NCBI GenBank assembly: GCA_016295615.1
Contig: JAEDKW010000001.1
Span: 1 to 53,262 of the forward strand
DNA length: 53,262 nucleotides
DNA from: Oscillospiraceae bacterium
GTDB lineage: Bacteria; Bacillota; Clostridia; Oscillospirales; Oscillospiraceae
Reading direction: 5' to 3'
Shown here: positions 1-8,622 of the stretch, in pieces
How positions within the stretch are numbered: the stretch's first letter is position 1
How the letters are laid out: every line of letters starts with the position of its first letter
The notes under the pieces: model-generated
What the model was told of the DNA's origin: nothing
Databases searched by the model: none
Seen by the model: only the letters and a program-made list of their open reading frames with translations
Translations under genes and position numbers: made by a program

Positions 1-28
1 ATTGAACAAAATAAAAATTTTGTTCAAT
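1..28. repeat. Perfect inverted repeat ATTGAACAAAA-TAAAAA-TTTTGTTCAAT (dif-like, 11-6-11)
   Basis: Bases 1-12 are the exact reverse complement of 17-28. The right arm matches the E. coli dif XerD arm TTATGTTAAAT at 9/11. It lies at the window edge, so it may extend further. Confidence 0.6.
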
Positions 29-280
29 ATAGGGGAGCGGTTTTCCGGAGAAGGGAGAAATTACGGCGTTTTGCCCTTTGCCGGCGGTGCAGATCCTTTT
101 CGCAATGCATCCGGTAAAAATGCACCGCTATACACCGCGAGGTCACAGCGAAATCATTCAGCGCAAAAACACAAGACGACAAGCCGTTCTGCGTGTCTCC
201 TGCGTAATCTCTTTCGGTCTTTTACGTTTCCCATAAAGTGCAGCACGCACAAAACCTTTTTTCGATTGGAGCCGATGCCA

Positions 281-1309
281 ATGCCGGATTACAACACAGA
301 ATCGCCTGCGATCCTGCGCGATTTTCTTTCTTATCATGAAACGATCAAATCGCACTCCAGGCGCACGGTTGACGAGTATTTTTTGGATCTTCGCAACTTT
401 TTCCGCTACCTCAAGCAGGCGCGGGATCCGTCGCTGCGCGACCTGGAGCTCAATGAGATCTCCATCATGGATGTGGACCTCGATTTTGTTAAAAAAGTAA
501 CGATTACGGATGTCTACGGGTACATGTCCTATCTGAGCCGCGATCGTGTGCTGCATCAGAACAGCGATAGTTCCGGCTATGGGCTTAATGCAGCCTCCAG
601 AGCGCGTAAATTGTCTACGATTCGCTCGTTTTACGGCTATTTATGCAACAAAGCGCACCTGTTGGACGTGAATCCGGTCAAGGATCTGGATATGCCGAAG
701 CTCAAAAAGTCGCTGCCGAGATATCTCACGCTGGACGAAAGCATGCAGCTTTTGGATGCGGTTGACGGTCAGAACCGCGAGCGCGACTACTGTATTCTGA
801 CGATTTTTCTCAACTGCGGTCTGCGTATCTCCGAGCTGTGCGGGCTGAATATCCAGGATATTCAGGACGATGCGCTGCGCGTTTTGGGCAAAGGCAACAA
901 GGTTCGCATCGTATATCTCAACGACGCCTGCAAAAACGCGCTGAAGGCATATTTGAATGTCCGCCGACCGATCACGGGTCGTGACAAAGACGCACTGTTT
1001 TTATCGACACGCAACGAGCGGATCAGCCGCTCGACCGTTCACGCATTGGTCAAAAAGCACCTGGGCGCTGCCGGACTGGACGCGTCACAGTACTCCACAC
1101 ATAAGCTTCGCCACACGGCGGCGACGCTGATGCTGCAAAACGGCGTTGATGTCAAGGCTGTCCAGGAGGTTCTCGGTCACGAGCATCTCAACACGACGGA
1201 GATCTACACGCATATCGACAATGAGGCGCTGCGCGTTGCGGCACGGGCCAATCCCCTCTCGCGCGTCAGGCAGAAGAAAAAACCGCTGCCGGAAACCGGG
1301 GATGATTGA
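281..1309 (+). CDS. xerC: Xer-family tyrosine recombinase (clostridial XerC-like)
   Basis: Catalytic set intact: GLRISE (R), GKGNK (K), HKLRH, LGH, TEIY (Y). N-terminal SAM-like domain. Start set at ATG 281 after GGAG at 268-271. Confidence 0.88.
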   Translation: MPDYNTESPAILRDFLSYHETIKSHSRRTVDEYFLDLRNFFRYLKQARDPSLRDLELNEISIMDVDLDFVKKVTITDVYGYMSYLSRDRVLHQNSDSSGYGLNAASRARKLSTIRSFYGYLCNKAHLLDVNPVKDLDMPKLKKSLPRYLTLDESMQLLDAVDGQNRERDYCILTIFLNCGLRISELCGLNIQDIQDDALRVLGKGNKVRIVYLNDACKNALKAYLNVRRPITGRDKDALFLSTRNERISRSTVHALVKKHLGAAGLDASQYSTHKLRHTAATLMLQNGVDVKAVQEVLGHEHLNTTEIYTHIDNEALRVAARANPLSRVRQKKKPLPETGDD

Positions 1310-1321
1310 ACAAAATATTCA

Positions 1322-1351
1322 GGAGAGCTTCGCAGGAAGCTCTCCCTTTTT
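1322..1351 (+). terminator. Intrinsic terminator between convergent xer and amidase genes
   Basis: GGAGAGCTTC-GCAG-GAAGCTCTCC followed by CTTTTT. Confidence 0.8.
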
Positions 1352-1359
1352 GCTGTATT

Positions 1360-1866
1360 TTACAGTCGATATGCGCCTAAAATGTGCAAATAGCGCGCGG
1401 TCACATAGGAATATGTGCTCAAGGGACGGTTGTCGGCATCCTCGGAGTGTGCGGCAAGCAGAATCTCTTCGGGATCTCCCCTCTTCCCCACTGCCACAAC
1501 GACCGGAGAATGCTGAAAGGAGACGCCGTCAAAGGACAGCTGCACGATGTCACCGGGCTCCAGCGCATCGATCCCCTGCTCCTCTGCGATCGGACCGACG
1601 GAACGCTCCGTGCGCGTGAGGAAGTGATAGAGATACGTAACGCCCGTCCATGCAGGTGCCTTCCGGTTGGCGTCAAAATAATACCAGCCGAATGTCGGCG
1701 TGTAGTTCATAACACCGCAGCCGGCATAGATGCACTGTGAAGCGAAATTCGTGCAGTCACCGCCGATATTTTCATAATCGTAGTAATTCGGATTTCTTCC
1801 GTATGCCCAACGGTGCGCGTACGCAACGGCTGCATCGCGGTCGTAGGGCAAAAGCCGGTAAGACAT
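1360..1866 (-). CDS. Putative amidase domain protein (Amidase_6 family)
   Basis: YDRDAAVAYA, GGDCTNFASQ, GDIVQL, H-x-x-VV and AAHS motifs. RBS GAGGGG before ATG 1866. No signal peptide. Confidence 0.8.
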   Translation of the reverse strand: MSYRLLPYDRDAAVAYAHRWAYGRNPNYYDYENIGGDCTNFASQCIYAGCGVMNYTPTFGWYYFDANRKAPAWTGVTYLYHFLTRTERSVGPIAEEQGIDALEPGDIVQLSFDGVSFQHSPVVVAVGKRGDPEEILLAAHSEDADNRPLSTYSYVTARYLHILGAYRL

Positions 1867-1912
1867 AAAAATGCACCCCTCAAACATGATATGCCCGAGG
1901 GGTGCGGAAAGA

Positions 1913-3829
1913 TCAGCGCATGGCGCGCAGAGAATTCAGAATTGCAAGCATGCAGACGCCGACGTCAGCGAAAACAGCCGCCCAGAGCTGTACCATGCCG
2001 AGACTTGACAGCAGCAGGATAATTACCTTTACAGCGATGGAAAATACAATGTTTTCTTTGGCAATGTGCTGCGTTTTGCGTGAGATTTGAATGGCTTTGG
2101 CGATCTTGGAGGGCTCATCGCCCATGATGACAATGTCGGCAGCCTCCATGGCGGCATCCGTGCCGAGACCGCCCATGGCAATGCCAATATCAGCCTCCGC
2201 CAACACCGGCGTATCGTTGATCCCGTCACCGGTGTAAAGTAAAATACCTTGCGGTGATAGGCTGCGCTTGAGTTCCCTGACTTTTGCCAGCTTATCCTCG
2301 GGAAGCAGTGAGGAAAACACCTCGCGGATGCCCACCTCCTTGCCGACGGCTTCCGCCGCGGCTGGGTGGTCTCCGGTGAGCATAACGGTGCGCTTTACGC
2401 CCAGCTCATGCAGCGCCGAAAGCGCCTGCTTTGCATCCTCTTTCGGCATATCCGCCAGCAGGATCGTGCCGCAGAACTGCCTGTCATAGGCGACGCAGAC
2501 CGAAGTGGCGGCATGGGCTGCGGGGGCGGCGCATGGAACTCCGAGTTCGCGCAGATAGCTCTCCCTTCCGACGATCAGTTCTTTTCCGTCAAGCGTTGCT
2601 CTGACGCCGTGACCGGAAAGCTCCTGCACATCGGAAAGGCGGTTTCTGTCGATCTCACCGGAAAAGGTCTTGCAAACGGAACGAGCCAAAGGGTGATCGG
2701 AGTGCGCTTCGCCATAGGCGGCGAGCTCTAAAACCGCTTCACGGCTGAAGCCGTCTGAAGCAAGGATCTCGCTGACGGAGAACTCGCCGCGGGTCAGGGT
2801 ACCGGTTTTGTCAAAAGCGGCAATCTCCGCTCTTGCCAGGGCTTCCAGATGGTTGCTGCCCTTGACCAGAATGCCGTTGTGCGAGGCGCAGCCGATCCCG
2901 GAGAAAAAGGTGAGCGGAATGGAGATGACAAGCGCGCAGGGACAGGAAATGACAAGGAAGTTCAGCGCGCGGTTAAGAAATACAGAGAATGTACCAAGCC
3001 CCAGCAGCGGCGGAAGCACCGCAAGCAGCGCGGCGAGAATAACGACCACCGGCGTATAGACGCGTGCGAAGCGGGTGATAAATTTTTCGCTTTCCGCTTT
3101 GTTTTCCTCTGCATGTTCAACGAGCGCAAGGATCTTGCTGGCGCTGTCTTCGCCGAACGGCGTCGTCACGCGCAGCAGCAGCGTACCGCTCAGATTCACG
3201 CAGCCGGACTTTACCGTATCGCCGATACCGACCTCCTGCGGCAGGGATTCGCCGGTCAGTGCGGCGGTATTGAGCGAAGAACTGCCGCTTTCCACCCTCC
3301 CGTCCAGCGGAATGCGCTCACCGGCATGGACTTCGATCAGGTCGCCGACGCGCACCTCGGCGGCATGGACTTCCCGGACGTTGCCGTTTTCAAAGAGGTT
3401 CGCGGTGTCCGGGCGGATATCCATCAGCGCACGAATGGCGTCGCGCGAGGAATCGACCGCTTTATCCTGCAGAAATTCGCCGAGCTGAAAGAGGATCATG
3501 ACCGCCGCAGCCTCCCCGTATTCGCCGATGCAGATCGCTCCGATGCTGGCGAGCGCCATGAGAAACGTTTCGTCAAACAGTTCGCCGTGCACAAGGTTTT
3601 CCACGGCTTCCTTCAGTATGCCGAAGCCGGCGGCAAGATAGGCGGCAAGAAAAAGCGAGACACTCACTGCGCCCCGGCTCAGCAAGCCGAGGAGAAACAG
3701 GATCGCCGCGGCAGCAAGCCATACAAGACGGGCGGAACCGCTTTTCTCCTCCCCGCCGTGTCCGTGCTCGTGCGCGCAGCAGGCGCAGCTCCGGTCATGA
3801 TGGTGTTCGTGTTCATGAGAATGCGGCAT
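1913..3829 (-). CDS. cadA: Zn/Cd/Pb-exporting P1B-2 ATPase
   Basis: TGES, CPC, DKTGT, HP and GDGIND motifs, TM8 DVG, and a His/Cys-rich N-terminus MPHSHEHEHHHDRSCACC. RBS GGAGGG. Confidence 0.93.
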   Translation of the reverse strand: MPHSHEHEHHHDRSCACCAHEHGHGGEEKSGSARLVWLAAAAILFLLGLLSRGAVSVSLFLAAYLAAGFGILKEAVENLVHGELFDETFLMALASIGAICIGEYGEAAAVMILFQLGEFLQDKAVDSSRDAIRALMDIRPDTANLFENGNVREVHAAEVRVGDLIEVHAGERIPLDGRVESGSSSLNTAALTGESLPQEVGIGDTVKSGCVNLSGTLLLRVTTPFGEDSASKILALVEHAEENKAESEKFITRFARVYTPVVVILAALLAVLPPLLGLGTFSVFLNRALNFLVISCPCALVISIPLTFFSGIGCASHNGILVKGSNHLEALARAEIAAFDKTGTLTRGEFSVSEILASDGFSREAVLELAAYGEAHSDHPLARSVCKTFSGEIDRNRLSDVQELSGHGVRATLDGKELIVGRESYLRELGVPCAAPAAHAATSVCVAYDRQFCGTILLADMPKEDAKQALSALHELGVKRTVMLTGDHPAAAEAVGKEVGIREVFSSLLPEDKLAKVRELKRSLSPQGILLYTGDGINDTPVLAEADIGIAMGGLGTDAAMEAADIVIMGDEPSKIAKAIQISRKTQHIAKENIVFSIAVKVIILLLSSLGMVQLWAAVFADVGVCMLAILNSLRAMR

Positions 3830-3836
3830 AGAACGA

Positions 3837-4208
3837 TCAGCCCTCCATTTCTTCCATAACGTGCTCAAACGCCTTGGCGAAAATGTCGCCAATATGCGAA
3901 TCATCAAGCGAATAATAGACGATCTTGCCCTGCTTGCGGCTTTTGACGAGACGGGACGATTTCAGGATCCGCAGCTGGTGCGAAATGGCAGACTGCGTCA
4001 TGTTCAGCAGCGCCGCAAGGTCGCACACGCACATTTCCTCAATATTCAGCGCACAGATCATGCGTGCGCGCGTGGAGTCGCCAAAGACCTTAAAAAGCTC
4101 CGAGACCTCGTAAATGGGGTCCTCATTGGGCATCTTCTCCCGAACGCGGCGGAGAACGTCCTCGTGAATGACGTTGCTTTCCGTGCAGGACATATCAAAA
4201 GCTTCCAT
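3837..4208 (-). CDS. cadC: ArsR/SmtB (CadC/ZiaR-like) metal-sensing repressor
   Basis: ELFKVFGDSTR, CVC, SAISHQLR and alpha5 site D-x-H...H-x-x-E. Directly upstream of cadA. Confidence 0.9.
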   Translation of the reverse strand: MEAFDMSCTESNVIHEDVLRRVREKMPNEDPIYEVSELFKVFGDSTRARMICALNIEEMCVCDLAALLNMTQSAISHQLRILKSSRLVKSRKQGKIVYYSLDDSHIGDIFAKAFEHVMEEMEG

Positions 4209-4221
4209 CAAAACTCTCCTC

Positions 4222-4283
4222 ATTTGAACGATTGAACAGTTGTTCATATATTCAAATTATAGCGGAAAGATGTGATTTGTCAA
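4222..4283 (-). promoter_or_regulatory. sigmaA promoter of cadCA with SmtB/CadC-type operator
   Basis: Minus-strand TTGACA (4278-4283), 16 nt, TATAAT (4256-4261). Nested dyad ATTTGAA..TGAACA-GT-TGTTCA..TTCAAAT at 4222-4257. Confidence 0.8.
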
Positions 4284-4344
4284 TAGCTCCTGAAAAAAAT
4301 TGACAGAGATTGAAAAAATAGATGCTTTGATAAGCGGCAGGACA

Positions 4345-4373
4345 TTGACTTTACACAACATTTCGTATAGACT
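4345..4373 (+). promoter_or_regulatory. sigmaA promoter of transketolase genes
   Basis: TTGACT-17-TAGACT. Confidence 0.6.
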
Positions 4374-4410
4374 TAGCGTGTTAATAACCAATTATGGTAG
4401 GAGGCATTGT

Positions 4411-5220
4411 ATGACTACGACAGAACTTTCCAAGGTTTGTCTGCAGGTGCGCCGCGATATCATCAATATGACGGCAAATGCCGGCAGCGGACACCCCGGC
4501 GGCTCCCTCTCCTGCGTGGAGCTGATGACCAGCGTGTTTTTTAATCATATGCGTGTGGATCCGGGCAATCCCAAGTGGGAGGATCGCGACCGCTTTGTGC
4601 TCTCCAAGGGTCACGCCGCACCCTGCTACTATGCAGTGCTTGCGGCAAAGGGCTTTTTCTCCCGTGACGAGTATGCGAACTTCCGCCAGCTTCACGGCAT
4701 TCTGCAGGGTCATCCGGACGCGAAGAAGGTCCCCGGTGTGGACGCTTCCACCGGCTCTCTCGGTCAGGGCGTATCCATCGCGGTCGGTATGGCGCTGGGC
4801 GCCAAGCATCTCGGCAAGGACACGAAGGTCTTCGTCCTCGCCGGCGACGGCGAGAGCCAGGAGGGACAGATCTGGGAAGCCTATATGGCCGCTGCTCATT
4901 ATCAGCTGGACAACCTGACCGTCATGATCGATAACAACGGTCTGCAGATCGACGGCACGAATGACGAGGTGATGTCCCTCGGCGATCTGCCTGCCAAGCT
5001 GCGCGCGTTCGGGTTTGAGGTCTTTGAGCTTGCCGACGGTCATGATCTTGACGCGATCGAGGCGGCACTCTCTGCCACCGTTGTGGGAAAGCCGAAGGCG
5101 ATCCTTGCACATACCGTTAAGGGCAAGGGCGTTTCGTTTATGGAAAATCAGGTCGGCTGGCACGGCAAGGCTCCCAACGAGGAGCAGCGTGCGCAGGCGC
5201 TTGAGGAATTGGAGGGTTGA
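4411..5220 (+). CDS. tkt: Transketolase, N-terminal (TPP-binding) subunit
   Basis: SGHPGGSLS, DRFVLSKGHA, TGSLGQG and GDGE..EG..WEA..DNN motifs. RBS GGAGG before ATG 4411. Confidence 0.95.
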   Translation: MTTTELSKVCLQVRRDIINMTANAGSGHPGGSLSCVELMTSVFFNHMRVDPGNPKWEDRDRFVLSKGHAAPCYYAVLAAKGFFSRDEYANFRQLHGILQGHPDAKKVPGVDASTGSLGQGVSIAVGMALGAKHLGKDTKVFVLAGDGESQEGQIWEAYMAAAHYQLDNLTVMIDNNGLQIDGTNDEVMSLGDLPAKLRAFGFEVFELADGHDLDAIEAALSATVVGKPKAILAHTVKGKGVSFMENQVGWHGKAPNEEQRAQALEELEG

Positions 5221-5223
5221 GTC

Positions 5224-6153
5224 ATGAGTGAAAAGAAAGCGACGCGTCAGGCTTATGGCGAAGCCTTGATCGAGCTTGTTGAGAAAAATGATAAGGTCGT
5301 TGTCCTCGACGCCGACCTTGCCAACGCCACACAGACCTGCAAGCTGGCAAAGGCACATCCGGAGAAGTTCTACAACTGCGGCATTGCCGAGGGCAACATG
5401 ATGGACATCGGCGCCGGTCTTTCCACGATGGGTCTTATCCCCTTCTGCTCTACCTTTGCCATGTTTGCCGCCGGCCGCGCCTATGAGCAGATCCGCAATT
5501 CCATTGCCTATCCGCATTTCAACGTCAAGATCTGCGCCACCCATGCCGGCGTCAGCGTCGGTGAGGACGGCGGCAGCCATCAGTGCATCGAGGATATTGC
5601 CCTCATGCGCGTGATCCCCGGCATGACGGTCATCTGCCCGGCTGACGCAAACGAAGCCAAGGCCGCCGTCAACGCGATCGCCGAGCTGGACGGACCTGTC
5701 TATCTGCGTCTTGCCCGCCTTGCAACCCCTGTGTTTGAGGGCGATATGATCAAGCCCTTCACGATCGGCAAGGCAAACGTCCTGCGCGAGGGCAAGGATG
5801 TCGCTCTGTTCGCCACCGGCCTTATGGTCAATGAAGCGCTTGAAGCTGCCAGACTTTTGGAAGCCGACGGTATGGACGCCGCCGTCATTAACGTCCATAC
5901 GATTAAGCCCATCGACGCGGAGTGTGTGACCAGGTACGCTGAAAAATGCGGCAAGGTCGTTACCATTGAGGAGCACAGCGTGATCGGCGGACTCGGCGAC
6001 GCTGTTGCCGATGTTCTTATGGGCAAGGTGAACTGCAGGTTCCGCAAGATCGGCGTGAATGACCGGTTCGGACAGTCCGGCAAGGCGGCCGACGTTCTCC
6101 GTGAGTACGGTTTGACTGCCGACCAGATCGCAGAAGCGGTCAAAAAAGTGTAA
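5224..6153 (+). CDS. tkt: Transketolase, C-terminal subunit
   Basis: GIAEGNM, GEDGGSHQ, IKPID and EEHSVIGGLG motifs. Confidence 0.95.
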   Translation: MSEKKATRQAYGEALIELVEKNDKVVVLDADLANATQTCKLAKAHPEKFYNCGIAEGNMMDIGAGLSTMGLIPFCSTFAMFAAGRAYEQIRNSIAYPHFNVKICATHAGVSVGEDGGSHQCIEDIALMRVIPGMTVICPADANEAKAAVNAIAELDGPVYLRLARLATPVFEGDMIKPFTIGKANVLREGKDVALFATGLMVNEALEAARLLEADGMDAAVINVHTIKPIDAECVTRYAEKCGKVVTIEEHSVIGGLGDAVADVLMGKVNCRFRKIGVNDRFGQSGKAADVLREYGLTADQIAEAVKKV

Positions 6154-6162
6154 AAAAGCGAG

Positions 6163-6203
6163 AAAGAGAGGCTGAAACCGCAAAAAGTTTTGCCTCTCTT
6201 TTC
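6163..6203 (+). terminator. Terminator-like hairpin after tkt
   Basis: AAAGAGAGGC...GCCTCTCTTT stem. Confidence 0.55.
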
Positions 6204-6214
6204 CGTATTTTTGC

Positions 6215-6242
6215 TTGCTATTTTTGAAATCTGTGCTAAAAT
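6215..6242 (+). promoter_or_regulatory. sigmaA promoter of fba-pfk (extended -10)
   Basis: TTGCTA-16-TAAAAT with TGn upstream of the -10. Confidence 0.55.
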
Positions 6243-6310
6243 AGCAAATATAGTCCAATTATTCCATTCGTTCCATACAAGTTATTATTTTGCAAAGGAG
6301 TGCTTTCATT

Positions 6311-7294
6311 ATGGCAATCGTAACTTCAAAGGAAATGTTTCAAAAAGCCTATGACGGCGGGTATGCCATCGGCGCGTTCAATGTCAACAACATGGAGATC
6401 ATCCAGGGCATCTGCGACGCCGCCATCGAGCAGCGCGCACCGCTCATCCTGCAGGTCTCCAAGGGCGCGCGCAAGTACGCCAATCATATCTATCTCATGA
6501 AGCTGATCGAAGCGGCAGTCGAAGATGCGGAGCAGAACGCCGGTTTTGACCTCCCCATCTGCGTTCACCTCGACCACGGCGACAGCTTTGAGCTGTGCAA
6601 AAGCTGCATTGACGGCGGCTTTACCTCCGTCATGATCGACGCCTCCTCCAAGCCGTTTGAAGAGAATATCGCCCTGACCAGGCAGGTCGTCACCTATGCG
6701 CACGACCACGGCGTGGTCGTTGAAGCGGAGCTCGGCACGCTCGCCGGCGTTGAGGATGAAGTCAAGGTATCCGCCGAAGACTCCTCCTATACCCGTCCCG
6801 AAGAGGTCGAGGAATTCGTAACCAGAACCGGCTGCGATTCCCTCGCCATCGCCATCGGCACCTCTCACGGCGCATATAAGTTCACCCCCGAGCAGTGCAC
6901 GCGCAACGAACAGGGCATCCTCGTTCCCCCTCCCCTGCGCTTTGACGTGCTCGAGGAGGTCTCCAGGCGCCTGCCTGGCTTCCCCATCGTGCTGCACGGT
7001 TCTTCCTCCGTGCCGCAGGAGTTTGTCGCCAAGATCAACCGTTTTGGCGGCAAGATGCCCGATGCGGTCGGTATTCCGGAAGAACAGCTGCGCAAGGCGG
7101 CTTCGCTGTCGGTCTGCAAGATCAACATCGACTCCGATCTGCGCCTTGCGATGACCGCCAACATCCGCGAGTATCTCGCCGAGCACCCTGCCGACTTCGA
7201 CCCCAGAGCATACCTCAAGCCCGGTCGCCAGGCGATCAAGGACATGGTCGCGCACAAGATGATCGATGTGCTCGGCTGCAGCGGCAAGGCATAA
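6311..7294 (+). CDS. fba: Class II fructose-1,6-bisphosphate aldolase
   Basis: GAFNVNN, HLDHG, SVMIDAS, EAELG, GTSHG, VLHGSS and KINIDSD motifs. Confidence 0.95.
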   Translation: MAIVTSKEMFQKAYDGGYAIGAFNVNNMEIIQGICDAAIEQRAPLILQVSKGARKYANHIYLMKLIEAAVEDAEQNAGFDLPICVHLDHGDSFELCKSCIDGGFTSVMIDASSKPFEENIALTRQVVTYAHDHGVVVEAELGTLAGVEDEVKVSAEDSSYTRPEEVEEFVTRTGCDSLAIAIGTSHGAYKFTPEQCTRNEQGILVPPPLRFDVLEEVSRRLPGFPIVLHGSSSVPQEFVAKINRFGGKMPDAVGIPEEQLRKAASLSVCKINIDSDLRLAMTANIREYLAEHPADFDPRAYLKPGRQAIKDMVAHKMIDVLGCSGKA

Positions 7295-7321
7295 GGCTTT
7301 ACAGAGTAAGGAGTAACTGCA

Positions 7322-8560
7322 ATGAAAGAATTAAAAGGCGCATGTATCATCGGGCAGTCCGGCGGTCCCACTTCTGTTATCAACGCGAGTGCCTACGGGG
7401 TGATCCGTACCGCGCTTGACAGCGACGTGATCACGAACGTTTACGGCGCGGAGCACGGGATCAAGGGCGTTTTGAACGACCGCCTGTTCGACATGAGCAA
7501 GGAGGATGCCGGGGAGCTGGAGCTTCTCAAGTATACCCCCTCCTCCGCGCTCGGCTCCTGCCGCTATAAGATGAAGGATCCCGATGAGGATGACACGGAC
7601 TACAAGCGCATTCTTGAGGTTTTCAAAAAGCATGACGTTCGTTATTTCTTCTATAACGGCGGGAACGACTCGATGGACACCTGCAACAAGATTTCCAAGT
7701 TCATGCAGAAGTCCGGATACGAGTGCAGGGTCATGGGCGTGCCCAAGACGATCGACAACGACCTGTTCGGCACCGACCACTGCCCCGGCTATGCCTCCGC
7801 CGCCAAGTATATTGCAACGAGCTGCATGGAGGTCTATCAGGACGCGCGCGTCTATGATACCGGCATGATCTGCATCATCGAGATCATGGGACGCCACGCC
7901 GGCTGGCTGACGGCCGCGGCGGCGCTTGCCGCAGAGTACGGCGCAGGTCCCGACCTCATTTATCTGCCCGAAACAGACTTTGATATGGAGCAGTTTCTCT
8001 CCGACGTCGCGCGTGTCTACAAGGAGCGCGGCAACTGCATGGTCGCCGTGTCTGAGGGCATCCATTATGCCGACGGCAGCTTTGTTTCCGAGGCTAAGAC
8101 GAGTGCGACGGACGGCTTCGGTCACGCCCAGCTCGGCGGTCTCGCGGCGCTGCTTGCGAACGTCGTGAAGGAAAAGCTCGGCGTTAAGGTTCGCGGCATT
8201 GAGCTGAGCCTTTTGCAGCGCTGCGGTGCGCATCTCGCCTCCGAGACCGATATTGAGGAATCGTTTATGGCGGGGAAAGCCGCGGTCGAGAATGCCGTCG
8301 CCGGCATGACCGACAAGATGGTCGCGTTTGAGCGCGGCGAGATCAACGGGCATTATGCCTGCAAAACCAAGCTTCTGAACCTCACCGATGTTGCAAACTT
8401 CGAAAAGAAGGTACCGCTTGACTGGATCAACGAGGCGCACAACGGTGTGACGCATGATTTTATCGACTATGCCCTGCCGCTCATTCAGGGCGAGCCGAAG
8501 CTTCCTAAGGAGGATTCCCTCCCCCGCTTCGCCAGGCTTAAAAAGGTCCTGGCAAAGTGA
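7322..8560 (+). CDS. pfp: 6-phosphofructokinase, PPi-dependent type
   Basis: GQSGGPT, GGNDS (Asp at the phosphoryl-donor position), PKTIDND (Lys) and MGR motifs. Confidence 0.85.
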   Translation: MKELKGACIIGQSGGPTSVINASAYGVIRTALDSDVITNVYGAEHGIKGVLNDRLFDMSKEDAGELELLKYTPSSALGSCRYKMKDPDEDDTDYKRILEVFKKHDVRYFFYNGGNDSMDTCNKISKFMQKSGYECRVMGVPKTIDNDLFGTDHCPGYASAAKYIATSCMEVYQDARVYDTGMICIIEIMGRHAGWLTAAAALAAEYGAGPDLIYLPETDFDMEQFLSDVARVYKERGNCMVAVSEGIHYADGSFVSEAKTSATDGFGHAQLGGLAALLANVVKEKLGVKVRGIELSLLQRCGAHLASETDIEESFMAGKAAVENAVAGMTDKMVAFERGEINGHYACKTKLLNLTDVANFEKKVPLDWINEAHNGVTHDFIDYALPLIQGEPKLPKEDSLPRFARLKKVLAK

Positions 8561-8583
8561 CCTGAAAAGGAATATCACTTTAC

Positions 8584-8613
8584 AAAAAAGGACGCCTTAC
8601 GGCGTCCTTTTTT
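8584..8613. terminator. Bidirectional terminator (pfk / spoIVA)
   Basis: AAAAAAGGACGCC-TTAC-GGCGTCCTTTTTT. Confidence 0.9.
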
Positions 8614-8622
8614 GTTTTTGTT

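Noticed and set aside
4..25. LexA box in the terminal palindrome (GAAC...GTTC)
   Set aside because: The spacer is 14 nt, not the 4 nt of the Firmicutes SOS box.
2..280. 93-aa N-terminal extension of the recombinase in the ORF track
   Set aside because: No RBS, no recognisable domain, and it runs through the palindrome. A good RBS precedes ATG 281.
1..1351. Recombinase as a prophage/ICE integrase
   Set aside because: No phage, conjugation or excisionase genes, no tRNA target and no arm-binding domain in view. Sequence left of the window is unseen, so this is not fully excluded.
4231..4238. ATTGAACA match between the cad operator and the dif-like arm
   Set aside because: Only 8 bp, and fully explained by the SmtB/CadC operator consensus.
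4381..6258. 625-aa antisense ORF over transketolase
   Set aside because: Shadow frame caused by GC-rich codon bias, with no motifs.
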